Counted from the first letter of the stretch, positions 43,826 through 54,663 are shown. The stretch is 59,287 nucleotides of DNA from a bacterium (GCA_039930945.1 JBDTSW010000001.1:1-59287), one strand, 5' to 3'. The notes: generated by a model from the sequence alone, not told the origin. A program made the numbers and translations.

Positions 43826-45598
43826 TCACGCAAGCGCCCAGGTGGTCGCCGTGATCGCCGCGACCACCGCCAGGTTCAATGGGATTCCCGCGCGCAGGAA
43901 GTCACTGAACCGGTAGCCGCCGGGACCGTAGACCATCGTGTTCGTCTGATAGCCCAGCGGGGTCAGGAACGAAGAGGATGCGGTTACCGCGATCGCGATC
44001 GCGATCACGCGCGGGTCGAGGCTCGCAGCGACCGCGACCGATAGCGCGATCGGGAACAGCACCACCGCAGCGGCGTTGTTGGTGATCAACTCGGTCAGCA
44101 AGCTGGTCGCCAGGACAAGCCCGAGAATGATGCCGACCGCGCCCAGCGGCTCGAGAGTGTCGACGAGACCATCGGCGAGCGTCGAAGCGAGACCGGTCGT
44201 CGCTATCGCCGCCCCCACCCCAAACGCGGCGGCGATCAGGATGACCACATCGAGGTCGATCGAATCGCGAGCTTCGGCGAAGGTGAGCACGCGCGCCAGG
44301 ATCAGCGCCGCCGCCGCCAGCAGGGCGAGCCGGAGAATCGGCAGGACCTCGAAGGCCGCGAGCACGATCACCGCCAGAGCGATCGCACCGACGAGCGGCG
44401 CCTTGCGGCTCGCCGACGGCGGGGGCCCGCCGAGGCCCGCGACGAGCAGGAAGTCGTGGCTCGCACGCCAGCGCGTGCCAAAGTCGCCTGCTGCGAGGAT
44501 CAGCAGCGTGTCGCCTGCCTGCAGGGGGATCTGTCCCAGCTTCCCCTGGACGCGTTCGCCGGCACGGTGGATCGCAAGCACGGCGGCCTGGTACCGGCCG
44601 CGGAACCCGGACTCGTTCAAGGTGCGCCCAACCAGGGGCGAGCTGGCGCCGAGGACGGCTTCGAAGAAGGTGTGCTGGGCGCTGTCCACGGCAAGGAGGT
44701 GCTTGTCCTCGGCTGATCTCAGTCCTCGCATTCGGTGCAGATCGACCACCTGATCCACCTGGCCGAGGAAGGTCAGCCGATCGCCGCCCAACAGCTCGGT
44801 CGTCGGTGAGACCGGTGCGATCATCCGCCCGTCGCGCTCGATCTCGACCAGGTAAACGTGCTGGAGGTGCCTGAGCCCGGCGCCTTCGACGGTGACTCGA
44901 TCCACGGGCCCTCCTGGCTCGACCTCCATCTCGACCACGAACTCGCGCATCTCGGTCAGGACCTGCTCCGCGCCGCGGCGGTCCCGCAGCAGTGACGGCA
45001 CCAACCCGATCAGCAAGACCAACCCGACCACCACCGAGAGTCCGCTGATCGGGGCGAGCTCGAACAGGCCCAAGGGAGGCTGGCCTGCCTCCTCGAGCAG
45101 TCCCGAGACCACGAGGTTGGTCGAGGTGCCGATCACGGTGAGGGTGCCGCCGAGAATCGCGGCGTAGGAAATCGGCAGCAGGAAGCGCGATGGCGAGATG
45201 CTGTGCTTGGCGCACCACGCCGTCACCTCGGGGATCAGGATCGCGACCAAGGGGGTGTTGTTGATGAATGCCGAGGTGCCCGCTGTGGGCAGCAGCAGCC
45301 GCGCCAGGGCTATCCGGCCGGTACTGCCCCTGTTACCGAGCAGGCTGCCAATAAGGGGGCCGAGCAGCCCCGTCTTGTCGGCCGCTCGGGCGAGGACGTA
45401 CAGCGCCGCCACGGTGAGCGGCGCTGGGTTGCTGAAACCCGCAAACGCCTCGGCTTCATCGATCACCCCGGCGAGGAGCAAGGTCAGGGTGGCGGCGAGC
45501 ACGATCGCGGCCGGAGGCGCGACCTCGCGAGCCAAGCCGACCAGCATCACGACCACGATCGCCAGGGTCAACCAAGCGTCAAAGCTCATCGCCGGCAC
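43826..45598 (-). CDS. SLC13/DASS-type permease with two central TrkA-C domains
   Basis: Hydrophobic N- and C-terminal halves (FINNTPLVAIL, ELITNNAAAVVLFPIA) flank two RCK_C-like segments. The start is GTG 45598 or ATG 45589. Confidence 0.85.
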   Translation of the reverse strand: MPAMSFDAWLTLAIVVVMLVGLAREVAPPAAIVLAATLTLLLAGVIDEAEAFAGFSNPAPLTVAALYVLARAADKTGLLGPLIGSLLGNRGSTGRIALARLLLPTAGTSAFINNTPLVAILIPEVTAWCAKHSISPSRFLLPISYAAILGGTLTVIGTSTNLVVSGLLEEAGQPPLGLFELAPISGLSVVVGLVLLIGLVPSLLRDRRGAEQVLTEMREFVVEMEVEPGGPVDRVTVEGAGLRHLQHVYLVEIERDGRMIAPVSPTTELLGGDRLTFLGQVDQVVDLHRMRGLRSAEDKHLLAVDSAQHTFFEAVLGASSPLVGRTLNESGFRGRYQAAVLAIHRAGERVQGKLGQIPLQAGDTLLILAAGDFGTRWRASHDFLLVAGLGGPPPSASRKAPLVGAIALAVIVLAAFEVLPILRLALLAAAALILARVLTFAEARDSIDLDVVILIAAAFGVGAAIATTGLASTLADGLVDTLEPLGAVGIILGLVLATSLLTELITNNAAAVVLFPIALSVAVAASLDPRVIAIAIAVTASSSFLTPLGYQTNTMVYGPGGYRFSDFLRAGIPLNLAVVAAITATTWALA

Positions 45599-45703
45599 CT
45601 ATGTTGATAAGACCAGTCAAGTAAGGCCACGCGGAGTCTAACCGGGTGCGCAGCGATCCGGGCGACGCCGCAATTGGCGGGGCTCGAGGAAGGCCTGGGC
45701 CGC

Positions 45704-47017
45704 CTAGACGCCGGGCCGGGACAGTGCCCGGATCGCGTACAGGTTGAACTCGGTCATCTCGACCAGATCCGCGACCGCCAGGCATTCATCGGCGCTGTGC
45801 ATGCCGTCGCTGTAGACGATCGGGTCGGTCGCGAACACGGGCGCGAACCCGTAGGCGACGGTGCCGTGCGCATCGCGGATCCAGTGCGAGTCGGTGAACC
45901 CTGGCGAGACGAGCGGGAGCATCTGTGCCCCGGGCAGCCGCCCGGCGACGTACTCCTCGCAGAGGCGATACAGCGGGGTGTCGATCGGCGACTCGGTCCC
46001 CCCGGCCATCGGCTCGAGCAGCTCGATCTCGTAGCTGAGGCCATCGCCGAGCGCCCGGGCCACGTGGGCGCGGACATCGGCCTCGGTCTCGCCCGGCAGG
46101 GCCCGGCAGTCGCAGACGACGTCGGCGTACGGTGGGATCACGTTGCTGGGCTCGAAGGTCTGCAGCCCCGTCGGCGTCACCGTCATCCGGGTCATCGCCG
46201 GAATCAGACCGGAGAGGATCGGGTGCTGGCCGCACGCCCAGGCGACGACCTCGTCCTCGTTGCCCGACGGGGCGCCGAGGCCCTCCAGAGCGCGGGCGAT
46301 CGCCGGGATCAACCGGGTCGGGGCCTCGCACGCCTGCAGCCGGGTGACCGCGTTGGCGGCGTTCGCAACCGCGTTGTCGGCGCCCTCCGGGACCGAGGCG
46401 TGCCCGGCGCGGCCGTGGACCCGGATCCGCAGCGAGGTCACCTGCTTTTCGCCGATCGAGATGGTCACCACCCGGCGGCCGTCGGCGAGCTCGAGCAGCG
46501 ATCCACCACCCTCGTTGATCGCGAAGTCGCAGCGCAGGTCGGGCCGCTCGCGGGCCAGCCAGGACATGCCGACGTCGGCGGTGCAGCGCTCCTCGTCGGA
46601 CTCGGCGATCAGGACGACGTCGCCCGCCGGGCGCTCGCCGCTGCGCGCGCAGGCGGCCAGCGCCGCCGCCCGGGCCGCCAGCTCGCCCTTCATGTCGGCG
46701 GCCCCGCGGCCGACGACGTGCCCGTCGCGGAGGGCACCGTCAAACGGCCCCACCGACCAGCCCTCGGTGGGAGCCGGAACGACGTCGGTGTGGCCGAGCA
46801 ACAACAAGGATGGACCTTCACCGCCGGCCACGCGAGCGACAAGGTTGAGCCGCTCCGGATCGGGGCCGATCAGCTCGCACTCGGCGCCGGCGTCGCGCAG
46901 GTACGACGCCAGCAGCTCCGCCGCGGGCGTTTCATTACCCGGGGGGTTCGAGGTGTCGAGGCGGATCAGCTCCCGCGCCAGCGAGACGACCTCGTCCTGG
47001 AGTCCGTTCGCGGGCAT
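45704..47017 (-). CDS. M20 family metallopeptidase (ArgE/DapE/CPG2-like)
   Basis: LLLLGHTDVVP, GRGAADMKG, ESDEE metal-ligand motifs. The ATG at 47017 (MPANGL) is preferred over the track start at 47125. Confidence 0.85.
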   Translation of the reverse strand: MPANGLQDEVVSLARELIRLDTSNPPGNETPAAELLASYLRDAGAECELIGPDPERLNLVARVAGGEGPSLLLLGHTDVVPAPTEGWSVGPFDGALRDGHVVGRGAADMKGELAARAAALAACARSGERPAGDVVLIAESDEERCTADVGMSWLARERPDLRCDFAINEGGGSLLELADGRRVVTISIGEKQVTSLRIRVHGRAGHASVPEGADNAVANAANAVTRLQACEAPTRLIPAIARALEGLGAPSGNEDEVVAWACGQHPILSGLIPAMTRMTVTPTGLQTFEPSNVIPPYADVVCDCRALPGETEADVRAHVARALGDGLSYEIELLEPMAGGTESPIDTPLYRLCEEYVAGRLPGAQMLPLVSPGFTDSHWIRDAHGTVAYGFAPVFATDPIVYSDGMHSADECLAVADLVEMTEFNLYAIRALSRPGV

Positions 47018-47030
47018 CCGGGCATTCTGC

Positions 47031-47600
47031 TCACCTCGGCGTGGCTGAGGCCTCCACCCTCCGCTCGAGGACGTCGAGGCGGACGTGGGCGAAGCGCCCA
47101 TAACCGGGCGGCGGATCCCCGGCATCGATGAACCGCTGAACCCAGAATCCGCGCTCGCCGTGCAGCAGCCGGGCGCAGCCGACGGCGTCGAGCGGCTCGA
47201 AGGCGGCGTCGATCAGCTCGGCCGCCGCCGCGTCGACGTGGCCGGCCACCGGGGCCAGCCGCTCGGTGTCCCACTCGGCCCAATCGCCCGACCCGTCGCC
47301 GTACGAAGTGCCGTCGCTATGGGCGACGAAGCCGCAGCCGGCGAGGTCGCGGGCGCGAGCCAGCTCGGCCTCCCGCGCCTGCTTCGAGCCGCGCAGCGAC
47401 CCGATGTCCTCGTAGAGGTCGGGGCGCAGGCGCAGGGCGAAGCGCTTGACCAGCCCCGATGACTTGTACCCCCGCCGGTGCTGGGCGAAGCGGATCCGCG
47501 GATCCCGCGCGCTCGAGCCCACGTACACCCAGGGGATCCTCGGATCCCGACGCCTCCCCGCCCTCCAGTCGAGCTCGATCACGTAGACGCCGTTTGCCAT
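47031..47600 (-). CDS. GIY-YIG-like domain protein with an uncharacterised C-terminal region
   Basis: GVYVIEL...PWVYVGSS...RFAQHRRG...KQAREAELA resembles the GIY-YIG nuclease core. About 90 further residues are unassigned. Confidence 0.55.
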   Translation of the reverse strand: MANGVYVIELDWRAGRRRDPRIPWVYVGSSARDPRIRFAQHRRGYKSSGLVKRFALRLRPDLYEDIGSLRGSKQAREAELARARDLAGCGFVAHSDGTSYGDGSGDWAEWDTERLAPVAGHVDAAAAELIDAAFEPLDAVGCARLLHGERGFWVQRFIDAGDPPPGYGRFAHVRLDVLERRVEASATPR

Positions 47601-47648
47601 CGATGACAGCTTCGACCCGTGACCATAAAAGCCCTCCGCCGCTGCCCC

Positions 47649-48377
47649 TCAGCCTGTCTTCCCAATCGTCTCGAGCGCCTGCCGTCGTGCTCGACAGAAC
47701 TCGAGCGCGGTCTGCAGCGGATCGGCAGCGCCCAGCAGGTCGGCGTAGCCGAGCTCGGCGCCGTTGAAGCCGGTCGCGTTCCAGAGCTCGCCCGCGAGGT
47801 CGTCACGCCACGGTCCGACGTAGACGTAGGGCTCGGGATGGTCCCCGTCGCCGGGCGAGAAGCCGTAGTTCGCGCGGCGCCCCGCGGACTCCGACCCGGA
47901 CTCGATCGCGATATCGAAGTGCTCGGGCCATAGCCGGGGAGCGGTGGCCGCGTGATCCGGGCCCGCCTCCGCGACGAGAAGCTCGAGCACCTCGCCGCCG
48001 AGCCCAAACCAGGCCGCCAGCACGGCCGCGGCCTCGGCGTCGATCTCCAGCGGTGCCGGGTCGAGCGCGGTGTCCGGCCCAAGCAGCTCGCCGACGAGGA
48101 TGCCCGCCTCGGCCAGCGATCCGATCGGTGCCCGGCTCTCGCTCTCGCCCTGCCCGTAGACCAACTCGACGCCCTCAACCCTCACCTGCCGGGTGAGGCC
48201 GCGGTGTTCGAACGTCGGGGTCCCGAATCCGCCGGGAGTGGCTCGTAGCGAGATCTCGTTGTCCGGCTTGCGCGCCGGCGCCACGATCTCCTCCGCAACT
48301 CGCTGTAGATCACGGCGGGTGCGTGCGAACGACTGTGGCAAAGGCGCCAGGCGCGGGCTTAAGGGCTGCGACGGCAC
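47649..48377 (-). CDS. conserved hypothetical protein
   Basis: 242-aa ORF with coding-like GC3 and non-repetitive composition (LWPEHFDIAIE...YGFSPGDGDHPEPYVYVGPW). Family not confidently recognised. Confidence 0.6.
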   Translation of the reverse strand: MPSQPLSPRLAPLPQSFARTRRDLQRVAEEIVAPARKPDNEISLRATPGGFGTPTFEHRGLTRQVRVEGVELVYGQGESESRAPIGSLAEAGILVGELLGPDTALDPAPLEIDAEAAAVLAAWFGLGGEVLELLVAEAGPDHAATAPRLWPEHFDIAIESGSESAGRRANYGFSPGDGDHPEPYVYVGPWRDDLAGELWNATGFNGAELGYADLLGAADPLQTALEFCRARRQALETIGKTG

Positions 48378-48413
48378 GTTCTGTTGTCCCGCGGCTCGTC
48401 GGACCGTTACACC

Positions 48414-50300
48414 TCAGCCGCGCAGGGCGCGGAGCGCATTCAGGATCACCGCGACGTCGATGCCCTCCTGGAGCAGCGCTCCGGCGACGGGCGAGATATA
48501 GCCGAATGCGGCGAATCCCATCGCGACGAAGCTCAGCCCCAGGCCCGCGAGCACGCTTTGCCGGGCGATCCCCAGGGAACGGCGGCCGATGCGAATCGCG
48601 TCAACTACGCGGTCGACCCGATCGGCCGCGATCACGGCGTCTGCGGTCTCCGACGACACGGTCGCTCCGGCCCCTCCCATGGCGATGCCCACGTCGGCGA
48701 GCGCGAGCGCCGGCGCGTCGTTCACCCCGTCGCCGACCATGATCACCGACCGCAGCTCCGGGCGACTGCGAGCGCCGCGAACTACGTCGATCTTGTCCTC
48801 GGGCGAGCGCTCGGCGTATACGCGGTCGACCCCCACCCGCTCTCCGACGGCTTCGGCGACATCACGCCGGTCGCCGGTGACCAGCGCGATCCGCACGATG
48901 CCGATTTCGCGCAGTTCGCTGGTCAGCTCGGCGGCGTCCGCTCGCACCCGATCGGCCATCAGGATCGCTCCGGCAAGGGCGCCGTCGATGCCGACCAGCA
49001 CCCGGGCGAACCCGGGCTCCGAGTCGCCGTCGAGCAGCTGGGCGGCGCCGGCGACGCCCGAGTAGCCGAGGTGCTCGAGCCAGGCCGAGCTCCCGACCGC
49101 GACGCGGTGACCCTCGACACGCCCCTCGATCCCCTGGCCGGGGTCCTCGACCACGTCCTCCGGAAACGCAAGCTCGATGCCGCGGGCCTCGGCGCCGTGC
49201 ACGAGCGCCTCGCCCAGCACGTGGGCGGAGAGCTGGTCGACCGACGCGGCCAGCCTCACAAGCGCGTTTGGCTGCAGGCCGTCAAGGGCCTCCACGCGCT
49301 CGATCTCGGGTCGTCCGTGAGTCAGGGTTCCGGTCTTGTCGAAGAGCACCGTTTGCGCGCGCCCCAGCTTCTCGATCGTCCCCCCGCCCTTGACGATGAC
49401 GCCACGGCGGGCCGCACGCGAAACGCCGGAGATCAGCGCGATCGGCGCCGCAAGGATGAGCGGACACGGAGTGGCGACGACGAGCACGGCCAGGGCCCTG
49501 ACAGGAGAGCCGCTCAGTGCCCAGGCGCCTCCCGCGACGACCAGGGTGACGGGCAGCAGCAAGGCCGCGTAACGGTCCGCGAGCCGGACGAAGGGCGCCC
49601 GTTGGCGCTCAGCCTCGCGGACAAGCCGCACGATCCCGCTGTAGGCGCTGTCGGCGGCGGTCCGGATCGCCCGCAGGTCGAACGCCTCCCCGGTGTTGAT
49701 GGTTCCGCTCGCCACCGTGGTCCCCCGCTGATGCGAGACCGGCAGGGGCTCGCCGGTGAGCATCGATTCGTCGAGCATCGCGTGGTCGCTCTGGACGGCG
49801 CCGTCCACCGGCACGACCTCGCCGGCCCGGACCAGGACGCGGTCGCCGACCAAGAGCTCTTCGACCGGCACCTCCTCGAGCCTGTCCTCCAGGCGGCGAT
49901 GCGCGATTCTCGGCGCCCGCTCCAAGAGCGATGTCAGCTCACGCCGCGCCCGGCGCCCGGCGGCTGCTTCGAGCGCATTGCCTCCGCTGAGCATCAGCGC
50001 GATCACCACCCCGGCCAGATACTCGCCAAGAGCCAGCGCGCCGGCCATCGCCACCAGCGCGATCGCATCGACGCCGACGTCACCGCGGGCGAGGCTTCGT
50101 CCCACCGACCATGTCAGTGGAAGCAGGGTGACGGCGATCGCCATCGCCCAGACAACGTCTCCGGCATTGCCGTCGCCGAAGAGATGGAGTGCGCCCCCTG
50201 CCGCGAGCGCCAGCAAGATCAGGCCGACAAGCACTCGCGGGTCGGTGGCGCCGAGCGCAGTCGCGCGGTACTTCAGGGTGTCGAACCTGGCGCTGGACAC
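48414..50300 (-). CDS. heavy-metal P1B-type ATPase without an N-terminal metal-binding domain, with TPCP transmembrane motif
   Basis: TGEPLPV, VVATPCPLILAAP, DKTGTLT, GDGVNDAPAL, and the last-TM sequence QEGIDV. There is no CxxC/HMA region before the first TM. Confidence 0.9.
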   Translation of the reverse strand: MSSARFDTLKYRATALGATDPRVLVGLILLALAAGGALHLFGDGNAGDVVWAMAIAVTLLPLTWSVGRSLARGDVGVDAIALVAMAGALALGEYLAGVVIALMLSGGNALEAAAGRRARRELTSLLERAPRIAHRRLEDRLEEVPVEELLVGDRVLVRAGEVVPVDGAVQSDHAMLDESMLTGEPLPVSHQRGTTVASGTINTGEAFDLRAIRTAADSAYSGIVRLVREAERQRAPFVRLADRYAALLLPVTLVVAGGAWALSGSPVRALAVLVVATPCPLILAAPIALISGVSRAARRGVIVKGGGTIEKLGRAQTVLFDKTGTLTHGRPEIERVEALDGLQPNALVRLAASVDQLSAHVLGEALVHGAEARGIELAFPEDVVEDPGQGIEGRVEGHRVAVGSSAWLEHLGYSGVAGAAQLLDGDSEPGFARVLVGIDGALAGAILMADRVRADAAELTSELREIGIVRIALVTGDRRDVAEAVGERVGVDRVYAERSPEDKIDVVRGARSRPELRSVIMVGDGVNDAPALALADVGIAMGGAGATVSSETADAVIAADRVDRVVDAIRIGRRSLGIARQSVLAGLGLSFVAMGFAAFGYISPVAGALLQEGIDVAVILNALRALRG

Positions 50301-50357
50301 GCGGCCAAGGATGACGCACCGCCCGGGCCAGCAGGCGGGGGCCGGTGGCGCGACCCC

Positions 50358-52115
50358 TTAGGGTCGCATCTCGTAGGTCCCGGCCAGCCCCCGAGCCTTC
50401 TCCCAGACGCCGGCGAAGCGTCCCTCGTCCACAACCGGCTTGCGGATTTGGTCGACCGCCCAGGCCTGCTGGGAATCCGTGGAGGACGAGCAGCCGTGCA
50501 GAGCCACGGCGTGGCTGGAGAAGTCACGAATGATCACGTCGAAGATCTGATCGATGGTGTCGTCGGCCAGCTCGGTCAGCGCGGCCTGCTCGAGGATCAG
50601 CTGCCCGTAGACGACGAGGGTGAAGAGCTCGCCGAGCCTGAGCATGAAGTCGAGATCCCGGATCTGATCCTGCGAGGGCGGCGCCGTCTCGAGCAGGGAC
50701 CCCAGACCCTCCGCCTGCTCGGCGAACCGCGCCACGTTCGGAACCCGGGCGAACGGTTCGTAGGCGTCGCGCCAGTCGGCGAAGCGGATCTTCCCCAGCC
50801 CTCTCGCCGGGCCCTGGTGAAAGAGGAACTCGTCGTCGGCCTCCTCGTGGCGCTGCGGCACGGGCTCGTAGGGGGCCGGGTTGAACAGGTAGTTGGCCAT
50901 GAACTTGAGGACCAGCGCCATGTTGACGTGCACGGTTCCCTCGAGCTTCGGCAGGGCGCGGATGTCGCGCGCCGCCATCTCGAAATACATGTCCTTCTCG
51001 AAGCCCTTGGCCGCGATCACGTCCCAGAGCAGGTCGATCACGGTCTCGCCCTCGGTCGTGACCTTCATCTTCGTGATCGGGTTGTAGAGCAGATATCGCC
51101 GGTCCTCGGGACCGGCCGATCGCATGTAGTCGATGGCCCGCCTGCCGAACAGCTTCATCGCCACCAGGCGGGCATAGGCGTCCGTCAGGGCTTGGCGCAC
51201 GTGCGGGAAGTCGGTGACCCGCATGCCATAGAGGATGCGCCCGTCCGCGTGCGTGATCGCCTCATGGAAGGCGTGCTCGCAGATGCCGATCGAGGCGAAG
51301 CCGAGGTTGAACTTGCCGATGTTGACCGTGTTCAGCGCCGCGTCGAAGGCCGCGCGGCCGGTGTGAAGCACGTCATCGGGCCGCACCGGGTAGTCCTCGA
51401 GCCGGAACTGGCTGACGTAGGACTGCGAGTTGACGACGTTCTTGATCAGGCGGTACGCGGGGTGGCCGCTGTCGGCGGTGAAGAACACGTACCCGTCCGC
51501 GCCCTCGATGTCGGCCCTGCGGCCGAAGACCGAGACCATCCCGGCGAGGTTGCCGTTGCCGATGTAGTACTTGCCCCCGCTGGCGCTGAAGCCATCCCCG
51601 TCGGGCGTCAGCACCATGTCCGTCGAGTAGACGTCGGCTCCGTGCTCTTGCTCGGACAGCCCGAAGGCGAAGATCGCGCCTTCGTCGAGCAGATCCGCGG
51701 CACGCCGTCGCGCCGACTCGTTCTCGCTCTGCCAGATCGGGCCGAGCCCCAGGATCGAGACCTGCCACGTGTACCAATAGGCGAGCCCGTAGAAGGCGGT
51801 GATCTCGTTGAAGGCGCAGATCCGGTTCGTGTCCCAGCGCTTGTCAGGATCGTCGCCCGCCTCCGCGGACGGCGTCAGCAGGGTGGCAAAGACGCGCTCG
51901 CGCTTGACGAATTCCAGGAAGTCCGCGTACCAGACGTGATCTCGGTCATGCTCCTTCAGCACCTGCTTGCCGCGCGACTCGAAGAACTCGATCGTGGCCA
52001 GCATCAGCCGGCGTGACTCGGGGTCGAGGTCCGCTCCCTCGTACCTTCCCGGGTTGAGCAGGACCGCGCCCGCGGCCGACCTGTCCGTCCTCGCCTGTTG
52101 CTCAACGCTCGCCAT
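50358..52115 (-). CDS. long acyl-CoA dehydrogenase family protein
   Basis: 585 aa. ACAD-like middle and C-terminal segments (FGLSEQEHGADV, KYYIGNG, NIGKFNLG, EGTVHVNMALV). Confidence 0.8.
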   Translation of the reverse strand: MASVEQQARTDRSAAGAVLLNPGRYEGADLDPESRRLMLATIEFFESRGKQVLKEHDRDHVWYADFLEFVKRERVFATLLTPSAEAGDDPDKRWDTNRICAFNEITAFYGLAYWYTWQVSILGLGPIWQSENESARRRAADLLDEGAIFAFGLSEQEHGADVYSTDMVLTPDGDGFSASGGKYYIGNGNLAGMVSVFGRRADIEGADGYVFFTADSGHPAYRLIKNVVNSQSYVSQFRLEDYPVRPDDVLHTGRAAFDAALNTVNIGKFNLGFASIGICEHAFHEAITHADGRILYGMRVTDFPHVRQALTDAYARLVAMKLFGRRAIDYMRSAGPEDRRYLLYNPITKMKVTTEGETVIDLLWDVIAAKGFEKDMYFEMAARDIRALPKLEGTVHVNMALVLKFMANYLFNPAPYEPVPQRHEEADDEFLFHQGPARGLGKIRFADWRDAYEPFARVPNVARFAEQAEGLGSLLETAPPSQDQIRDLDFMLRLGELFTLVVYGQLILEQAALTELADDTIDQIFDVIIRDFSSHAVALHGCSSSTDSQQAWAVDQIRKPVVDEGRFAGVWEKARGLAGTYEMRP

Positions 52116-52132
52116 CTTCTCCGCCGCCGATC

Positions 52133-53329
52133 CTACCCCTGGTCGCCATCAGCCCCTGGCCTTGCGGTATCGGCCACCTTGCCCGCCGTGACCGTGTGGG
52201 CGACCAGCGGGACCCCGGGCCGGTAGACGAGGTGGGCGTGTGAGGGCGCGTCGAGGACGACGGCGTCGCCGCGCGCGCCCGGGCTCAGGCGGCCGAGGTC
52301 GTCGCGGCGCAGGGCGCGAGCGCCCCCCAGCGTCGCGGCCCGAAGCGCCTCGTCCGCGGTCATCCGCAGGTCGCGAACCGCGAGCGCGATGCAGAAGGCC
52401 ATCGAGGTGGTGAAGCTCGATCCCGGGTTGCAGTTGGTCGCGATCGCGACCGTGGCGCCGGCATCGATCACCCGCCGGGCGTCGGGGTAGGGCTGGCGGG
52501 TCGAGAAGTCGGTCGCCGGCAGGAAGGTGGCGACGGTCTCGGACTCGGCGAGCGCGGCGACGTCGCCGTCGTCGAGATAGGTGCAGTGGTCGACCGAGGC
52601 CGCGCCCAGCTCGACCGCCAGCCCCACGCCCGGCCCGGGCCCGAGTTGGTTGCCGTGCACGCGCAGGCCGAGCCCGGCAGCACGGCCTGCCGCCAGCACC
52701 GCGCGCGCCTGCTCGGCGTCGAAGGCGCCGCGCTCACAGAAGACGTCGATCCAGCGGCAATGCGGCGCGCACGCTTCGAGCATCTCGCCGCAGACGAGGG
52801 CGACGTAGTCGTCCGCCCGTCCCTCGTACTCCGGCGGCACCGCGTGCGCGCCGAGGAAGGTGACCTCGTCGGTCAACCGGCCCGCAACCTCGCACAGGCG
52901 GCGCTCGGTCTCGACGTCGAGCCCGTAGCCGGACTTGATCTCGAGTTCGGTGATGCCGGCGCGCAGCGCCTCGGCGCGGCGGGCCCGGGCCAGGCGCTCG
53001 AGCTCGTCGCTCGATGCCATCCGGGTGGCCTCGGTCGTCACCCTGATCCCACCCGCCTCGTACGGTGCGCCCGCCATCCGCGCGACGAACTCCTCGGCGC
53101 GATCGCCGGCGAAGACCAGGTGCGTGTGCGAGTCGACGAAGCCTGGGATCACGCAGCGCCCGCCGGCGTCGAGGCGCTCGTCGCCGGCCGCGCCGGCGGC
53201 CTCGATCGCCGCCACCCGCCCGCCGGCGATCACCAGCGCGCAGTCGCGTCGCAGGCCCAGCGGTCCCTCGCCGAGCTCGGGGTCGTTGCTGACCAGCAGG
53301 CCGATGTTGTCGATCACCAGCGCGCTCAC
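52133..53329 (-). CDS. hutI: imidazolonepropionase
   Basis: [35 protein letters not shown] and ATNCNPGS are canonical HutI motifs. Confidence 0.9.
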   Translation of the reverse strand: MSALVIDNIGLLVSNDPELGEGPLGLRRDCALVIAGGRVAAIEAAGAAGDERLDAGGRCVIPGFVDSHTHLVFAGDRAEEFVARMAGAPYEAGGIRVTTEATRMASSDELERLARARRAEALRAGITELEIKSGYGLDVETERRLCEVAGRLTDEVTFLGAHAVPPEYEGRADDYVALVCGEMLEACAPHCRWIDVFCERGAFDAEQARAVLAAGRAAGLGLRVHGNQLGPGPGVGLAVELGAASVDHCTYLDDGDVAALAESETVATFLPATDFSTRQPYPDARRVIDAGATVAIATNCNPGSSFTTSMAFCIALAVRDLRMTADEALRAATLGGARALRRDDLGRLSPGARGDAVVLDAPSHAHLVYRPGVPLVAHTVTAGKVADTARPGADGDQG

Positions 53330-54663
53330 CGGGCGGTCACCGCCTCGATCGCCGCGCGCAGCTCGGCCGCGACGTCGATCTCTGAGTGCCGGCCGTCTCG
53401 CACGACCACCCGGCCGCCGGCGATCAGCTGGCGCACGTCGGCGGCGGTCGCGGCGAAGGCCAGCGCCTCCAGCGCCTGGTCGTCGGTGGCGCCGGCGAGG
53501 CGGACCCCGTCGAGCGAGACGGTGACCAGGTCGGCGACGGCCCCGGCCTCGATCCGCCCGGCCTCGGCCCAGCCGATGCCGGCATGCCCGTGCTCGCAGG
53601 CGGCGCGCAGGAGCTCCGGCGCGGTGTGATGGCCGCGCTCCCCGGTGGCGAGGCGCTGATCAAGCTCGACCGCACGCATCTCCTCGAAGTGGTCGATCAC
53701 GGCCTGTGAGTCCGAGCCCAGCGTGAGCCGGGCTCCGGCGTCGGCGATCGCTCGCGCCCGCCCGATCCCGTCGGCGAGGTCGCGCTCGGTGGTCGGGCAC
53801 AGACAGCAGTGGGCGCCGGCGCCGCCGAGCAGGTCGACGTCGGAGTCGGAGACGTGGGTGAAGTGGACGGCGGTGAAGCGCTTGCCGAGCGCGCCGGCCT
53901 GGTCGAGAACGCCGGTCGGGGTCAGCCCGTGCGCGGCCAGGCAGGCCTCGTTCTCGGCCGGCTGCTCGGAGACGTGCGCGTGCAGCGGGCAGGAGCGTCC
54001 TTCGGCCCAGGCGGCCACGCTCGCCGCCGAGGAGGGGTCGACCGCGCGGACGCTGTGGATCGCCGCGCCCACTCGCGCCGCCGGGCCGAGCTCGCCCAGC
54101 GCCTCGACCCGCTGGGCCCATTCCTCGACGCCGACGTCGCCGAAGCGAAGCTGGTCACGCTCCAGCTGCAGGCCCGGCCCGGCCTGCAGGTAGCAGGCGT
54201 CGAGCAGGGTGATCCGGATGCCGGCCTCGCCGGCGGCGGCGACCAGCGCCCGGCCGATCTCGTTCGGATCGTCGTAGGGCGCGCCGCCCGGACCGTGGTG
54301 GAGGTAGTGAAACTCGCCCACGGCGGTGATCCCGGCGAGCGCCATCTCGGCGAAGGTCGCACGGGCGAGCGCGTGGCAGCTGTCGGGGTCCAGCGCCGCG
54401 GCGAGCCCGTACATCGTCTCGCGCCAGCTCCAAAAGGATCCCCGGCCGCCCTCGGCGCGGCCGCGCAGCGCGCGATGGAAGGCGTGGGAGTGGGCGTTCG
54501 CAAGCCCCGGGATCGTCAGGCCCTCGAGTCGCGTCGCCCCCGGCGGCGGCGCCGCGGCGCCGGGCTCGACAAGCGTGAAGCGATCGCCCTCGACCTCGAC
54601 CACCACCCCCGGTTCGGCGGCGTCGCCCCCCAGCCAGGCGAGCTCGCACCAGTACGCCGTCAC
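53326..54663 (-). CDS. hutF: formimidoylglutamate deiminase
   Basis: [42 protein letters not shown] and LGSDSQ closely follow my recollection of Pseudomonas HutF. Confidence 0.85.
   Translation of the reverse strand: MTAYWCELAWLGGDAAEPGVVVEVEGDRFTLVEPGAAAPPPGATRLEGLTIPGLANAHSHAFHRALRGRAEGGRGSFWSWRETMYGLAAALDPDSCHALARATFAEMALAGITAVGEFHYLHHGPGGAPYDDPNEIGRALVAAAGEAGIRITLLDACYLQAGPGLQLERDQLRFGDVGVEEWAQRVEALGELGPAARVGAAIHSVRAVDPSSAASVAAWAEGRSCPLHAHVSEQPAENEACLAAHGLTPTGVLDQAGALGKRFTAVHFTHVSDSDVDLLGGAGAHCCLCPTTERDLADGIGRARAIADAGARLTLGSDSQAVIDHFEEMRAVELDQRLATGERGHHTAPELLRAACEHGHAGIGWAEAGRIEAGAVADLVTVSLDGVRLAGATDDQALEALAFAATAADVRQLIAGGRVVVRDGRHSEIDVAAELRAAIEAVTAR

Noticed and set aside
48384-52016. 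1210-aa plus-strand ORF spanning the P1B ATPase gene, the intergenic gap and the long ACAD-like gene
   Set aside because: It is the codon-phased antisense frame of two recognisable minus-strand genes (DKTGT, TPCP and similar motifs). In GC3-rich genes the antisense frame rarely contains stops. Its composition is Arg/Asp/Gly/His/Val-rich low-information sequence with no motifs.
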